A DNA stretch of 64,000 nucleotides from an uncultured Acidimicrobiaceae bacterium (lineage in GTDB: Bacteria > Actinomycetota > Acidimicrobiia > Acidimicrobiales > Bog-793): assembly GCA_963807575.1 (NCBI GenBank), contig CAWECD010000017.1, forward strand, positions 125,176 through 189,175. The letters are read 5' to 3'. Below the pieces are notes generated by a model. The model was given only the letters and a program-made list of their open reading frames with translations. It made no database searches and had not been told where the DNA came from. Shown here piece by piece: positions 18,781 to 27,810 of the stretch. Both the position numbers and the translations under genes were made by a program. Within the stretch, counting starts at the first letter, position 1. Every line of letters begins with the position of its first letter.

Positions 18781-20706
18781 ATGGACTCGAGCCTGACACG
18801 GTGGAGCGACTTGGCTTCCCGGCTGCTAGCCGGCTGCGACCCGCTCCAACGCGAGGCGATCACGACTCAAGCAAGGCCCCTGTGCGTGCTGGCACCTGCT
18901 GGCTCTGGCAAGACGAGGGTGCTTACGCGCCGCATCGCCTGGCGGGTCAACGAAGAGACTGCCTCGGCACGGTATGTGCTGGCTCTCACCTTCACTCGCA
19001 AAGCCGCATCAGAGCTCCGGGGCCGCCTGGCGAGCCTCGGTCTCAGCGAGCCGGCGACGGTCGGGACCTTTCATGCGGTGGCGCTCGGGGAGCTCAGGCG
19101 CCTCGCAGCCGAACGTAGCCGGCCAGCGCCAGTTGTCATCGCGTCCAAGGCTCGTTTGCTCGCCGCGGCCGGCGGCCAGGACATCGGCCACGACCGCACG
19201 ACGCTTGCCGATCTCGCCTCCGAGATCGAGTGGGCGCAGGCTCAGTGCCTCACGGCCCGTGACTACCAGCGAGCCGTCATCACCTCAGGGCGACCGAGCC
19301 AATGGGACCCAGTCGTCGTCACGGAGATCTGGAAGCGCTACGACCGCGAGAAGCAGCGCCGAGGTGTGCTCGACTTCGACGACCTTCTGCTGCGCTGCGC
19401 GACAGAGCTCGAGAGCGACCCCGAGTTCGCAGCTTCGGCCCGGTGGAGGTTCCGCCATCTCTTCGTTGACGAGTACCAGGACGTGAACCCGGCACAGGTG
19501 CGGCTGCTCGATGCCTGGCTCGGCGACAACGACGACCTCTGCGTGGTCGGCGACCCCGACCAGGCCATCTATGCGTGGAACGGGAGTGACCCCCGGGCCC
19601 TCATCGACTTTTCGAAACGGTATCCCGGTTCTCAGGTAGTTCGGCTTGCGGTCAACTACCGCTCGACCGACGTCGTGGTCGCGATCGCGTCATCGGTCCT
19701 GACGGCTGAACCGACCCTCGGCGCCGGGCCGTCGGTCAACGATCAGTCGGGTGCGTCGAGTGCCGCAGCCGCAGACCTGGTAGTGGCCGGTTACCCGCGG
19801 CCGGGCAGTCCGGCACGACCGATCGTCGCCTACGAGACCGACACCGATGAGGCGCTCGGCGTTGTCACCGAACTGAGACGGGCCCGCAGCCCTGGCGCGG
19901 CGTGGTCCAGCCTCGCTGTGCTCGCTCGTACGAACGCCCAGCTCGTGCTCTTCGAGCGTGAGTTAGAGGCCGCGGGCATCCCGTTCCGAAGTGGAGGCGG
20001 TCGCGCGTTTCTCGCGCGCCCAACGGTTCGCCGAGCCTTGGATCGCCTGACGAGCCCCTCAGGCTCACCGGGCATTCCAGGGTGGCTCGAAGAGCTGGCT
20101 GGGTTGGCAACTGGGCCACCAGCAGTAGTCATGGACGATGACTTCGATGTCTTCGACACCCCCCGGGGTGGCAATGACGTTGGCGAGATCACGCCGATCG
20201 ACGATGATCTCGTCGAGCTCGGCGTGCTGGCAGCGGAGTACCTCCGGTACGACGCGAACGCGAGCGCAACCGGCTTCGTCTCCTGGCTCGAGGCGAGCCT
20301 GCGTTTCGATCCTCCTCGGCAAGTCGGCGACGCTGTCGACGTCATGACCTTTCACCGCGCAAAAGGTCTCGAGTGGAGGGTCGTCTTCGTTACCGGCCTC
20401 GAGGATGGTCTCGTCCCGATCGCCCATGCCCGCAGTCCCGAGGCCGCCGCCGAAGAGCGCAGGCTGCTCTACGTCGCCTGCACGAGGGCCATGGACGAGC
20501 TTCGATGCTCGTGGGCGCGCGAGCGGTCCTTCGCAGGTCGCCGTTCGGCCCGCAGGCCTTCGCCATATCTTTCGGCCATCGAGGCCACCTATCACGACCT
20601 TGCACGACTGGCCGAGGTGACACCCGAGCAATCCCACGCCTCGCAACGGGCGCTGAAGGCCCTACTCGCAGGCCGACAGCGAGCGAGGCAGGCACCTGAC
20701 TATTAG
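18781..20706 (+). CDS. UvrD/REP-family ATP-dependent DNA helicase (short form)
   Basis: Motif I APAGSGKTRVL, Ia LALTFTRKAA, II FVDEYQD, V/VI region (MTFHRAKGLEW, LYVACTRA). Confidence 0.8.
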   Translation: MDSSLTRWSDLASRLLAGCDPLQREAITTQARPLCVLAPAGSGKTRVLTRRIAWRVNEETASARYVLALTFTRKAASELRGRLASLGLSEPATVGTFHAVALGELRRLAAERSRPAPVVIASKARLLAAAGGQDIGHDRTTLADLASEIEWAQAQCLTARDYQRAVITSGRPSQWDPVVVTEIWKRYDREKQRRGVLDFDDLLLRCATELESDPEFAASARWRFRHLFVDEYQDVNPAQVRLLDAWLGDNDDLCVVGDPDQAIYAWNGSDPRALIDFSKRYPGSQVVRLAVNYRSTDVVVAIASSVLTAEPTLGAGPSVNDQSGASSAAAADLVVAGYPRPGSPARPIVAYETDTDEALGVVTELRRARSPGAAWSSLAVLARTNAQLVLFERELEAAGIPFRSGGGRAFLARPTVRRALDRLTSPSGSPGIPGWLEELAGLATGPPAVVMDDDFDVFDTPRGGNDVGEITPIDDDLVELGVLAAEYLRYDANASATGFVSWLEASLRFDPPRQVGDAVDVMTFHRAKGLEWRVVFVTGLEDGLVPIAHARSPEAAAEERRLLYVACTRAMDELRCSWARERSFAGRRSARRPSPYLSAIEATYHDLARLAEVTPEQSHASQRALKALLAGRQRARQAPDY

Positions 20707-20921
20707 TGGCGTCCGGGTTGCGCCTTGTGGTGCCGTGGTCGTGCCCCAAGCGGGATCATACGAGTAGCATCGTGAGCGCACTAGCATCCCTTGTGCTCAA
20801 GGGTCCCGGTGCCACGGGAACCGAAAGCCTAACTACACAGAACGGCATGTAATGGGCGGCTTTGTGAGAAGACGAGGCGTCGGGCGATTGTTCGGAACTC
20901 TGCACGGGAGGAGGGTGGCTG

Positions 20922-21413
20922 ATGCCTAGAGACGGCGACAGCGGCGCGTCGGACCTGGAGGCACGCAACCACTACCTGAGCATCATCGACGATGCCTGGG
21001 AGGTCTATCGCGAGGCCGTCGAGGGTGCATGGGCAGGCTACGAGGAAGCCCTCAAGCCCGTGCGCGACGTGTACGAGGAAGCACAAGCTGCCGCCGAGGA
21101 GGCCCATGGCAGTGCGATCGACGCAGCCTGGGCCGACTACAAGCAGGCGGTGGCGAGCGCACCGGCGACAATGCGCCGTGACATCGTGGCCCAAGCACGT
21201 GCTACCTACAACGAGTTGGCTGCGCAGATCCGCAAGGCATACAACGAGAGCATGGCTATCGCCCGGGACGGCTACCTCAGATCTGTGGACGATGCAAGGG
21301 CGTCCTACCGGGCGGCAGTGGACAGTGAGCTCGACGCTCATCGTGAAGCCGTCCGCGCGGCCTGGAGCAGCTACCTGCAGGCGGTCGACTCGAGCCTGCT
21401 CGCCGAGGATTGA
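20922..21413 (+). CDS. hypothetical protein built from ~11-residue amphipathic repeats (A-x-x-x-Y-x-x-A-V)
   Basis: Repeated AWEVYREAVEG / AWAGYEEALKP / VRDVYEEAQAA / AWADYKQAVAS / ARASYRAAVDS units; good RBS (GGGAGGAGGG) upstream. Confidence 0.45.
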   Translation: MPRDGDSGASDLEARNHYLSIIDDAWEVYREAVEGAWAGYEEALKPVRDVYEEAQAAAEEAHGSAIDAAWADYKQAVASAPATMRRDIVAQARATYNELAAQIRKAYNESMAIARDGYLRSVDDARASYRAAVDSELDAHREAVRAAWSSYLQAVDSSLLAED

Positions 21414-21541
21414 GCTGAGTCAGTCCACGGCTGACCCGCGCCACTGATAGATTCTGACTACCTAATCGGTCCAAATGATCGATTTGAAGCTAGATGGGGC
21501 TTCCGAGCTCGCTGGCGGCCCTTGGGCGACTGGACGCAGGC

Positions 21542-21997
21542 ATGCATATCTCAGCCAGAATTGAGTACGCGCTTCGGGCGCTGTGCACTTTGACCGCCCG
21601 AACAGGCGAGCCGCTCACCGCTGAAGAGTTGGCTGAAGCTCAGGGACTTCCCGTTCGCTTCTTGCGCGCCATACTCAACGACCTGCGCCGGGTGGGGATC
21701 GTCACGAGCCAGCGCGGCAACGAAGGTGGCTACAAGCTCGCGCGGCCAGCGTCGGAGATCACCATTGGCGAGGTGTTCCGTCGGCTCGAGGGTCCCCTAG
21801 CAGAAGTACGCGGCATGCGGCCCGAGTCGGCCAGCTACGAAGCTGACGCAGTACATCTGCAAAAGGTTTGGGTAGCAGTCCGAGCATGCCTGCGAGGTGT
21901 GCTGGATGAAGTGACCCTGGACCAAGTCGTGTCCGGCAAGCTTCCCGACCAAGTCGTCCGCCTCGTGACGAGCCCTGGAGCGTGGGAACCCCACTAA
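21542..21997 (+). CDS. Rrf2-family transcriptional regulator
   Basis: MHISARIEYALRALCTL...LTAEELAEAQGLPVRFLRAILNDLRRVGIVTSQRGNEGGYKLAR is canonical Rrf2 wHTH. Confidence 0.8.
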   Translation: MHISARIEYALRALCTLTARTGEPLTAEELAEAQGLPVRFLRAILNDLRRVGIVTSQRGNEGGYKLARPASEITIGEVFRRLEGPLAEVRGMRPESASYEADAVHLQKVWVAVRACLRGVLDEVTLDQVVSGKLPDQVVRLVTSPGAWEPH

Positions 21998-22017
21998 CCC
22001 ACGACCCGGCCGGCTGA

Positions 22018-22515
22018 CTAATCCATCCGCCCGCCCGGGCCCCCGACAGTCTCCGAACTCAGGCCCGCTATTCGCGGGCCCGTCACAATCCAACGACCGT
22101 CCACTGCGTAAGGCTCGATCGGGAACCCGAGGGCCAACAACAGCGGTCCAAGAGCTTCGTTGAGTATGTCCACGGACTCGATCTCGGCCGAAGGCCCAGT
22201 CTCGCCAGGGACACCTGAGTCCAGCCAAGTCCAGCCCACCACGACGCCGCTTTGACCATGATGGTCCTCGGGCACGATCGACAGGTAACACCCGGCGGCA
22301 GCAGAGCCATCGTCCGCCAGCACGCGGGACCCCAGGCCTAGGTCCTCGATGGCCGCGAGAAGATCGTTCCGTACTTCCTCTGGCGCCGGCGCCCCCGTGC
22401 CATCTGTCTCAGACGCACCCGCACTGTCGGGTTCTGACGCACCCGCACTGTCGGTCGCGGACGTAGATGACTCAAATTCCGGGGGTTCGAACGTCCCGTC
22501 CATCTCTTCGCTCAT
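22018..22515 (-). CDS. hypothetical acidic protein with DSAGASE(P/T) tandem repeat
   Basis: ORF 22018-22590; start placed at MSEEMDG; contains in-frame 24-bp tandem duplication; no recognisable domain. Confidence 0.4.
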   Translation of the reverse strand: MSEEMDGTFEPPEFESSTSATDSAGASEPDSAGASETDGTGAPAPEEVRNDLLAAIEDLGLGSRVLADDGSAAAGCYLSIVPEDHHGQSGVVVGWTWLDSGVPGETGPSAEIESVDILNEALGPLLLALGFPIEPYAVDGRWIVTGPRIAGLSSETVGGPGGRMD

Positions 22516-22895
22516 CGGTTCCTGACCATTCGGTGCCCCTCGGTATGTCGTGTCGAGTGCAAGTGGACGGCGCCTGTACCACCATCCCACGCCTGTTCAG
22601 CGCAGATTCCCAAACTTATGCTACGTGGCCCGACTTCGTCGGCAGTGGATCGACGGATTTCACCGCGCGGTCGTCCGCAAGCCTCAGACCTTGACCCGTG
22701 ACCGAGCTGACACGAGAGTGCAGCGCTCGGCTACTTGGGCATCATCCCGGCTTCAGTCAGATGGTTCACCTGAGTTCCGACCAGTGGCTCCTGGTGCGCA
22801 TCGGGGCGGGTCCGATCGCATTGCCCAGAGCGAGGGCAGCGACTCTTCGTCCACGGTGGGCCTGCCCAAGCGGTCGCTAGCAGGTCGACCTCGAC

Positions 22896-23480
22896 CTAGC
22901 GCTTGGCATCGCACAAGGCGACGTCGACGTCCTGGAGGAGTTCAGCGCATTTCTTGCTCTTCCCCTCCCAGGCCACGATCCCGATGCTCGCATGCTGATC
23001 GACGTGCATCCCAGCAAGGGAGAACGGCGCGGCAAGCGCCCCCAGGAGACGCTCGGCCACCTCCTCGGCCTGAGCCGGGGACGCCAGTCCCTCGGCCAAG
23101 TAGAGGAACTCGTCACCCCCCAGGCGACACAGTGTGTCCGAAGAGCGAGTCACCTCGTTGAGGCGTCGGGCGACCGCTACGAGCAGCAGATCGCCTACCT
23201 GGTGGCCGAGAGTGTCGTTCACCCCCTTGAAGTCATCGAGGTCCAAGATCAGCACCGCACTCCACCCGCCCCGGCGAACGGTCCTCTCGTTCGCCAGAAA
23301 AAGCCGGTCCTCGAAGAGCACCCGGGTGGCGAGTCCCGTAAGTGAATCGTGCAATGCCTGGTGGGAGAGCTCGGCGCTGAGCGCCCGTTCTTGGATGACA
23401 TCCCAGCCCGAGATGACGAAGTAGAGCGTCGCCCCCGCCGCGTCGAGCGCACGGGACCTCGACACCTCGACAACGATCAC
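22896..23480 (-). CDS. stand-alone GGDEF-domain protein (putative diguanylate cyclase)
   Basis: A-site LGGDEF present, I-site-like RxxD, GGDEF core from LTGLATR; no sensor domain; ends at ...ALCDAKR just before the usual GRN tail. Confidence 0.75.
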   Translation of the reverse strand: MIVVEVSRSRALDAAGATLYFVISGWDVIQERALSAELSHQALHDSLTGLATRVLFEDRLFLANERTVRRGGWSAVLILDLDDFKGVNDTLGHQVGDLLLVAVARRLNEVTRSSDTLCRLGGDEFLYLAEGLASPAQAEEVAERLLGALAAPFSLAGMHVDQHASIGIVAWEGKSKKCAELLQDVDVALCDAKR

Positions 23481-23571
23481 TCGTCGGTTCTTGTGTATGT
23501 AGTGGTCAACATAGGTAGCGTAGTCAACCCCGAGTAACTAGTTTCGAGACAGGGTTGGCTATTGTCTTGGC

Positions 23572-23886
23572 GTGCCGAATTGGAGCTTTGTGACCAACCA
23601 CGCCCGAGTTCTGATGTGCGTCGCGCTCGATCCGGGCGCACGCCTTCGCGACATCGCGGCCAGTCTGGACATCACCGAACGACGCGCCTACGGCATCGTC
23701 ACCGACCTCACCGAAGCTGGCTACGTTCTCAAGACCAAAGACGGTCGTCGCAACCGCTACGAGATCCAGGCGCACTTGCCGCTACCTGAATCCACCGGCC
23801 GAGAGCGCGCCATCGGCGACTTACTGGACCTCTTGGCCGGCAGCGACGTCATCTTGACGCAGAAGCACGATCTGCCCCACGGCTAA
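23572..23886 (+). CDS. small winged-helix DNA-binding protein
   Basis: 104 aa; ARLRDIAASLDITERRAYGIVTDLTEAGYV resembles MarR/ArsR-type HTH; divergent from GGDEF gene. Confidence 0.5.
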   Translation: MPNWSFVTNHARVLMCVALDPGARLRDIAASLDITERRAYGIVTDLTEAGYVLKTKDGRRNRYEIQAHLPLPESTGRERAIGDLLDLLAGSDVILTQKHDLPHG

Positions 23887-24090
23887 GGGTTGACAGCACA
23901 TTCTCATCCCGATCAGGGTCTCGTGTGGGTCCAGTTCGCCGTTCGGAGCTCTTGGCGCTTGTCACGGCGAGCCTGGCGGGCGTCGGTACATCCTCGCCAG
24001 GCGCTAAGTGTGCCTCTTGCGAGCTAAGGATTAGACGGTCTCGACACGCTATGTGATAGCGCTGACCCTGCAATTAGAACCGCTCGCCCG

Positions 24091-24167
24091 TGGCGCCCCC
24101 GGGAGGACTCGAACCTCCGACCGTCTGCTTAGAAGGCAGCTGCTCTATTCCGCTGAGCTACGGGGGC
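24091..24167 (-). tRNA. tRNA-Arg (anticodon TCT), CCA encoded
   Basis: Reverse complement GCCCCCGTAGCTCAGCGGAATAGAGCAGCTGCCTTCTAAGCAGACGGTCGGAGGTTCGAGTCCTCCCGGGGGCGCCA folds as cloverleaf with loop CTTCTAA. Confidence 0.85.
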
Positions 24168-24296
24168 TTGCCCGTCCCTGCGATATCGCCGCCCGCAAGC
24201 GTACGGGATCTCGGCACCTACTCTGGGGGAACCGGGGTCGGCATGCTCGTCTTGGTGCGTCGGCCTCGTCGTCCGAAGACGAGAGGAGCCTCGCCC

Positions 24297-24656
24297 ATGG
24301 CCGTCCGCATCGAGATCGGGATCGACACTGTCATGCCGGAGATACTTGCCCAGTTCTGGGCAAGTGCCCTCGGATACACCGTCGGCGACATGGACCGAGC
24401 TGGAACTTATCTCGATCTTGTGCCTCCGGATCCGGGCTTGCCCGTCGTGTACCTGCAACGGGTCCCGGAAGCGAAGACTGGCAAGAACCGCCTGCATCTC
24501 GACATTCTGACGGCCGAAGCGGAGCAGACCATCGCTCGGCTCATCACGCTCGGGGCCACGCGGTTAGGCACCGCGATGTCTGGGAGCGAGGGAGGCTGGT
24601 GGCAGGTGATGGCCGACCCGGAAGGCAACGAGTTCTGCGTCTGCCGCGTCGAGTAG
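24297..24656 (+). CDS. VOC-family (glyoxalase/bleomycin-resistance fold) protein
   Basis: 119 aa from internal ATG (MAVRIEIGIDT...); NRLHLDI and GNEFCV motifs typical of VOC; upstream part of ORF is antisense of tRNA-Arg. Confidence 0.7.
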   Translation: MAVRIEIGIDTVMPEILAQFWASALGYTVGDMDRAGTYLDLVPPDPGLPVVYLQRVPEAKTGKNRLHLDILTAEAEQTIARLITLGATRLGTAMSGSEGGWWQVMADPEGNEFCVCRVE

Positions 24657-24741
24657 CCCGGGCGCCAGCGGCGGCTGGCTTCGGGTTGTCGCCTCGACTG
24701 TGCCATGCTTTAGGTGCATCGAGAGGCACAGCCTCAAGATC

Positions 24742-24816
24742 ATGGTGGCCGTAGCTCAGTTGGTTAGAGCGCCAGGTTGTGGCCCTGGAGGTCGGGGGTT
24801 CAAGTCCCCTCGGTCA
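24742..24816 (+). tRNA. tRNA-His (anticodon GTG) with extra 5' G(-1)
   Basis: GGTGGCCGTAGCTCAGTTGGTTAGAGCGCCAGGTTGTGGCCCTGGAGGTCGGGGGTTCAAGTCCCCTCGGTCACC; anticodon loop TTGTGGC. Confidence 0.85.
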
Positions 24817-24867
24817 CCCTCTGTTGGTCGGTACGGTCGCGAGACCGACTAGGCTCACCGGCCGGAC

Positions 24868-24944
24868 GCGCCTCTAGCTCAATTTGGCAGAGCAACGGAC
24901 TCTTAATCCGCAGGTTCCGGGTTCAAGTCCCGGGGGGCGCACCA
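24868..24944 (+). tRNA. tRNA-Lys (anticodon CTT), CCA encoded
   Basis: GCGCCTCTAGCTCAATTTGGCAGAGCAACGGACTCTTAATCCGCAGGTTCCGGGTTCAAGTCCCGGGGGGCGCACCA; anticodon loop CTCTTAA. Confidence 0.85.
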
Positions 24945-25094
24945 GGTCAGGGGTCGAAAACGATCCAAGTCGGCACCCTCCGCATAGCCCTCAGCGTCTG
25001 CGAGAGGCCTGGCAGCGGCTGGGCTGCGAAGGGCTCCCACGAGTTGCAACCTGGACTTTCGCGTGTCCAACCCCCACGCACCAAGTGCGCGAGG

Positions 25095-25562
25095 ATGAGC
25101 GTAACCCCGACGAGAACGGGCGTCCCAGGAGTTGTCGCAATGCCGAGTCATGAAGACTGGAAGCTGTTGCTTCGCCGGTCATTTGGTGTACCTGACCTGA
25201 TCGACGATCGGGTCGCCTCCAGAAACCTTCAGGAGCAGGCGTCAAGAGGCATTCCCATACCCGCCATGACGCGTGACCCAGCGGAGGACGCGAAGCAATG
25301 GTTGATGATCGTCGACGCCATCGTCTACAAAGTGAGGGACTGCGGCGAGCGCGGCCAGCTAGATGAGTATCTGCTTGGGATGAATGGCGCCACCCTCGAG
25401 AAGACAGCCAATGAGATCAGCGCGGCGATTCCGCCTCGAGTTGTGGAAGAGTCCCAAGTCGCGCAACGTGTCCTTGCCGCCGTCTGCGCGTTCGTGAGGT
25501 CACATCCGTTCCGCGACGAGGGCGGCTACTTCGGCGAGCTCGATCCTGCCGGACACGAGTAG
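25095..25562 (+). CDS. hypothetical protein
   Basis: 155-aa ORF immediately 3' of tRNA-Lys; no recognisable motifs. Confidence 0.4.
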   Translation: MSVTPTRTGVPGVVAMPSHEDWKLLLRRSFGVPDLIDDRVASRNLQEQASRGIPIPAMTRDPAEDAKQWLMIVDAIVYKVRDCGERGQLDEYLLGMNGATLEKTANEISAAIPPRVVEESQVAQRVLAAVCAFVRSHPFRDEGGYFGELDPAGHE

Positions 25563-25704
25563 CCGCGACTACAACTCGCGGCCAGGCTCTGCGCGCCGCC
25601 GTAGCTCCCTGAGTACCCGCGCGGTCTGACCGCAGGGGGGCGAGCCGGGAGGGCAGTCCGAGGGGGCGACCCGGCCGTCCGGCCGTAGGGCTGCTGGCCG
25701 CCTC

Positions 25705-25895
25705 TGCTACCCTTCGTTGCGACGGCTTCGGCCGTCTCGCTGCCTACAGGGGAAGTCCGGTCAAACTCCGGCGCTGGCCCGCAACCGTAGGCGAGGCTCG
25801 TCCTCGCAAGCCGGGAAACCTGTCGGTGGCGAGTCCTACTAACCGTCGAGGAAAGCGGGGACTGGGAACCGGTACGGCAGCGGTGTCCCAGCGCT
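25705..25895 (+). promoter_or_regulatory. cobalamin (B12) riboswitch-like leader
   Basis: AGGGGAAGTCCGGTCAAACTCCGGCGCTGGCCCGCAACCGTAGG and downstream GGGGACTGGGAACCGGTACGGCAGCGG match the conserved core (GGGAA / GGTG-AA-CC / CCCGC-ACTGT) and B12-box region (GCCACTG ... GGGAAGG) as I remember them; located in 5' leader of the operon starting at 25929. Confidence 0.7.
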
Positions 25896-25928
25896 TCTCC
25901 GGGGTCCAGTATCCGGGAGAGGACGTTC

Positions 25929-27056
25929 GTGTCACCATCCGCCCTTAGCACGGCCCGGACCTGCCTTGTGGCAGCCCTCCTCGGCCTCGGAGCCGCCACC
26001 GTGCCAGTTGCGTCGGCCGCCACCACTCAGCCGCCTCACGCGCCGCTTGGATTCCAAGCCCACGCCGCGACAGTGACGGCGGCGGCTTCCGGTGCAGGCT
26101 GGATCGCCCGCGACTTGAGCGCGAGTGGAGCGCTCGTCGACGCCGTCTCGCACAAGCCCAGCGTCGGCGACACGGCGGACGCAATCTTGGCCCTGGCCGC
26201 CGCCGGCGATGGTGCCAAGCAGGTCAAGGCCGCCACTTACTGGCTCGAGCAGCACTTCGGCTCCTACGTCTCTGCCAAGGGCGTCGACATCCCGGGAGGG
26301 CTCGGTCTCGTGGTCCTCGCAGCGGTTGCAGCGGGCGCGAACCCGGCGCGCTTCGGTGGCGAGGCCAGTTCGAACGACCTGGTTGCCAGACTCCAGGCAA
26401 CCGAGCAGTTGAAGGGCGCATACGCCGGAGTCTTCGGCGCCACCGGCTCGGCCAACGCGTTCAGCCAGTCGCTGGCAGTTCTCGCGCTCGTCTCGGCGAA
26501 GGGCTCTGCAAAAGCGATCCACCTCGCTCAGGCCTATCTGGCAAGCCGCCAGTGCACCGACGGGGGCTGGGAGTACTCCCTCACCACGCCTTGTGCCAAG
26601 CCGGACCCGAAGACATACGCCGGTCCCGACACCAACTCGACGGCACTGGCCGTCATGGCGATCGTGGCCGCCGGCGGGTACTTTGCCCATGGCCCACTGA
26701 CTTTCTTCAAGAGCTCACAAGAGGCCGATGGGTCGTTCGGGTACTACGGCGTGGCCGGGGACGGGCAGCAGGGCGATCCTGACTCGACAGGCGAGGTGGT
26801 CCAGGCCCTGATCGCCCTCGGCGCGCTGAACGACCCCCAGTTCATGCGCAACGGCACGACGCCCGAGCAGGCCCTCGGGCAATTCCAGTACGGCTGCCAA
26901 TCGCCGGTGAGCGAGCGCGGTGAGTTCTCCTACGACGGCGCCCCCAGTCAGTACGCCACATTGCAGGCCGTTCCCGCAGCAGCGGGCGTCGCGTTCCCCC
27001 TCGCCGCCCACAAGCTGTCTGCCGCCGAGCCACAGCTCAACTGCGGTGCGGGCTGA
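25929..27056 (+). CDS. secreted alpha/alpha-toroid protein with prenyltransferase/squalene-oxidase-type repeats
   Basis: GTG start after GGGAGAGG RBS; signal peptide LVAALLGLGAATVPVASA; repeats QCTDGGWEY and QEADGSFGYYG of the QxxDGGW class. Confidence 0.7.
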   Translation: MSPSALSTARTCLVAALLGLGAATVPVASAATTQPPHAPLGFQAHAATVTAAASGAGWIARDLSASGALVDAVSHKPSVGDTADAILALAAAGDGAKQVKAATYWLEQHFGSYVSAKGVDIPGGLGLVVLAAVAAGANPARFGGEASSNDLVARLQATEQLKGAYAGVFGATGSANAFSQSLAVLALVSAKGSAKAIHLAQAYLASRQCTDGGWEYSLTTPCAKPDPKTYAGPDTNSTALAVMAIVAAGGYFAHGPLTFFKSSQEADGSFGYYGVAGDGQQGDPDSTGEVVQALIALGALNDPQFMRNGTTPEQALGQFQYGCQSPVSERGEFSYDGAPSQYATLQAVPAAAGVAFPLAAHKLSAAEPQLNCGAG

Positions 27057-27084
27057 CTCGAGGCCGACCGGGGCTGTCACGCTG

Positions 27085-27810
27085 ATGGCGGTCGCGGTTG
27101 TCGCGGCCGCCATCAGCGCAGTTGTGTCGCCGTGTACGGTGGGGTCCGCGGCAGCGAGTGCGGCTCCGCGCTCGAAGGACCCCTCGCTGTCATGCACGGT
27201 TCCCGCACACGTCGCCGCCGACCAGATCGTCGTCCCTGTCGTCGCCGATTTCGGCGGGGTGAACGGCAGGGTCCTGGTCACTTGCGTTGCTGTCCAAGCC
27301 GGTGACAACGGCGAGCAAGTGTTGCAAGCCCAGGCCGCGCTCCTGCGATACCCATCTCCCCGTTATGCCCAGTCGGGCTCCGGCCTCCTGTGTGCCATTG
27401 ACGGCTACCCGACGAGCGGTTGCGGGAACCAATCGGGGCCCCATTACGCCTATTGGGCCTACTGGCACGGCGGGAAGCGATGGCAGTACGCGAGCCAAGG
27501 ACCCGGCGAGTGGAAGGTCTCCAAAGGCGACGTCGAGGGGTGGCGTTTCGAGCCGGCTGGCAGCGCGACACCGACCGATCCTCCTCCGCGGGCCGCTTCG
27601 AGCGCGACTGCGCTCGAGACACCCTCCACTGCCACTCCAAAGACGTCGTCGCCAACTTCGGGCGGACACGGGGCTGGCCCCGTCGGCTCATCGGGCGGCG
27701 GCAGGAAAGACACAGCCCCGATCCCGTTCATCCTCAGCGTCGCCTTTATCCTCCTGATCGGCGCCACCGCCCTGCTTCGCTCCCGGCGCGCGAACAGCCG
27801 TGCCGCTTAG
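27085..27810 (+). CDS. DUF4430-like (transcobalamin beta-domain-like) protein, signal peptide plus C-terminal TM anchor
   Basis: Core GPHYAYWAYWHGGKRWQYASQGPGEWKVSKGDVEGWRFE matches W-x-Y...G...GD-x-x-x-W/Y pattern of DUF4430; Pro/Thr/Ser linker then IPFILSVAFILLIGATALL anchor. Confidence 0.65.
   Translation: MAVAVVAAAISAVVSPCTVGSAAASAAPRSKDPSLSCTVPAHVAADQIVVPVVADFGGVNGRVLVTCVAVQAGDNGEQVLQAQAALLRYPSPRYAQSGSGLLCAIDGYPTSGCGNQSGPHYAYWAYWHGGKRWQYASQGPGEWKVSKGDVEGWRFEPAGSATPTDPPPRAASSATALETPSTATPKTSSPTSGGHGAGPVGSSGGGRKDTAPIPFILSVAFILLIGATALLRSRRANSRAA

Noticed and set aside
20707-20921. Hairpins (CCCTTGTGCTCAAGGG etc.) in the uvrD-like/repeat-protein intergenic region as possible sRNA or riboswitch
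   Set aside because: No match to any RNA family I can recognise; most simply a terminator/stem-loop without T-tract.
23481-23571. GTCAAC-containing direct repeats in the AT-richer GGDEF/wHTH divergent promoter region
   Set aside because: Short and unsupported; noted only as a possible operator.
24090-24296. ORF start region reading MAPPGGLEPPTVCLEGS
   Set aside because: It is the antisense translation of tRNA-Arg; real VOC protein starts at 24297.
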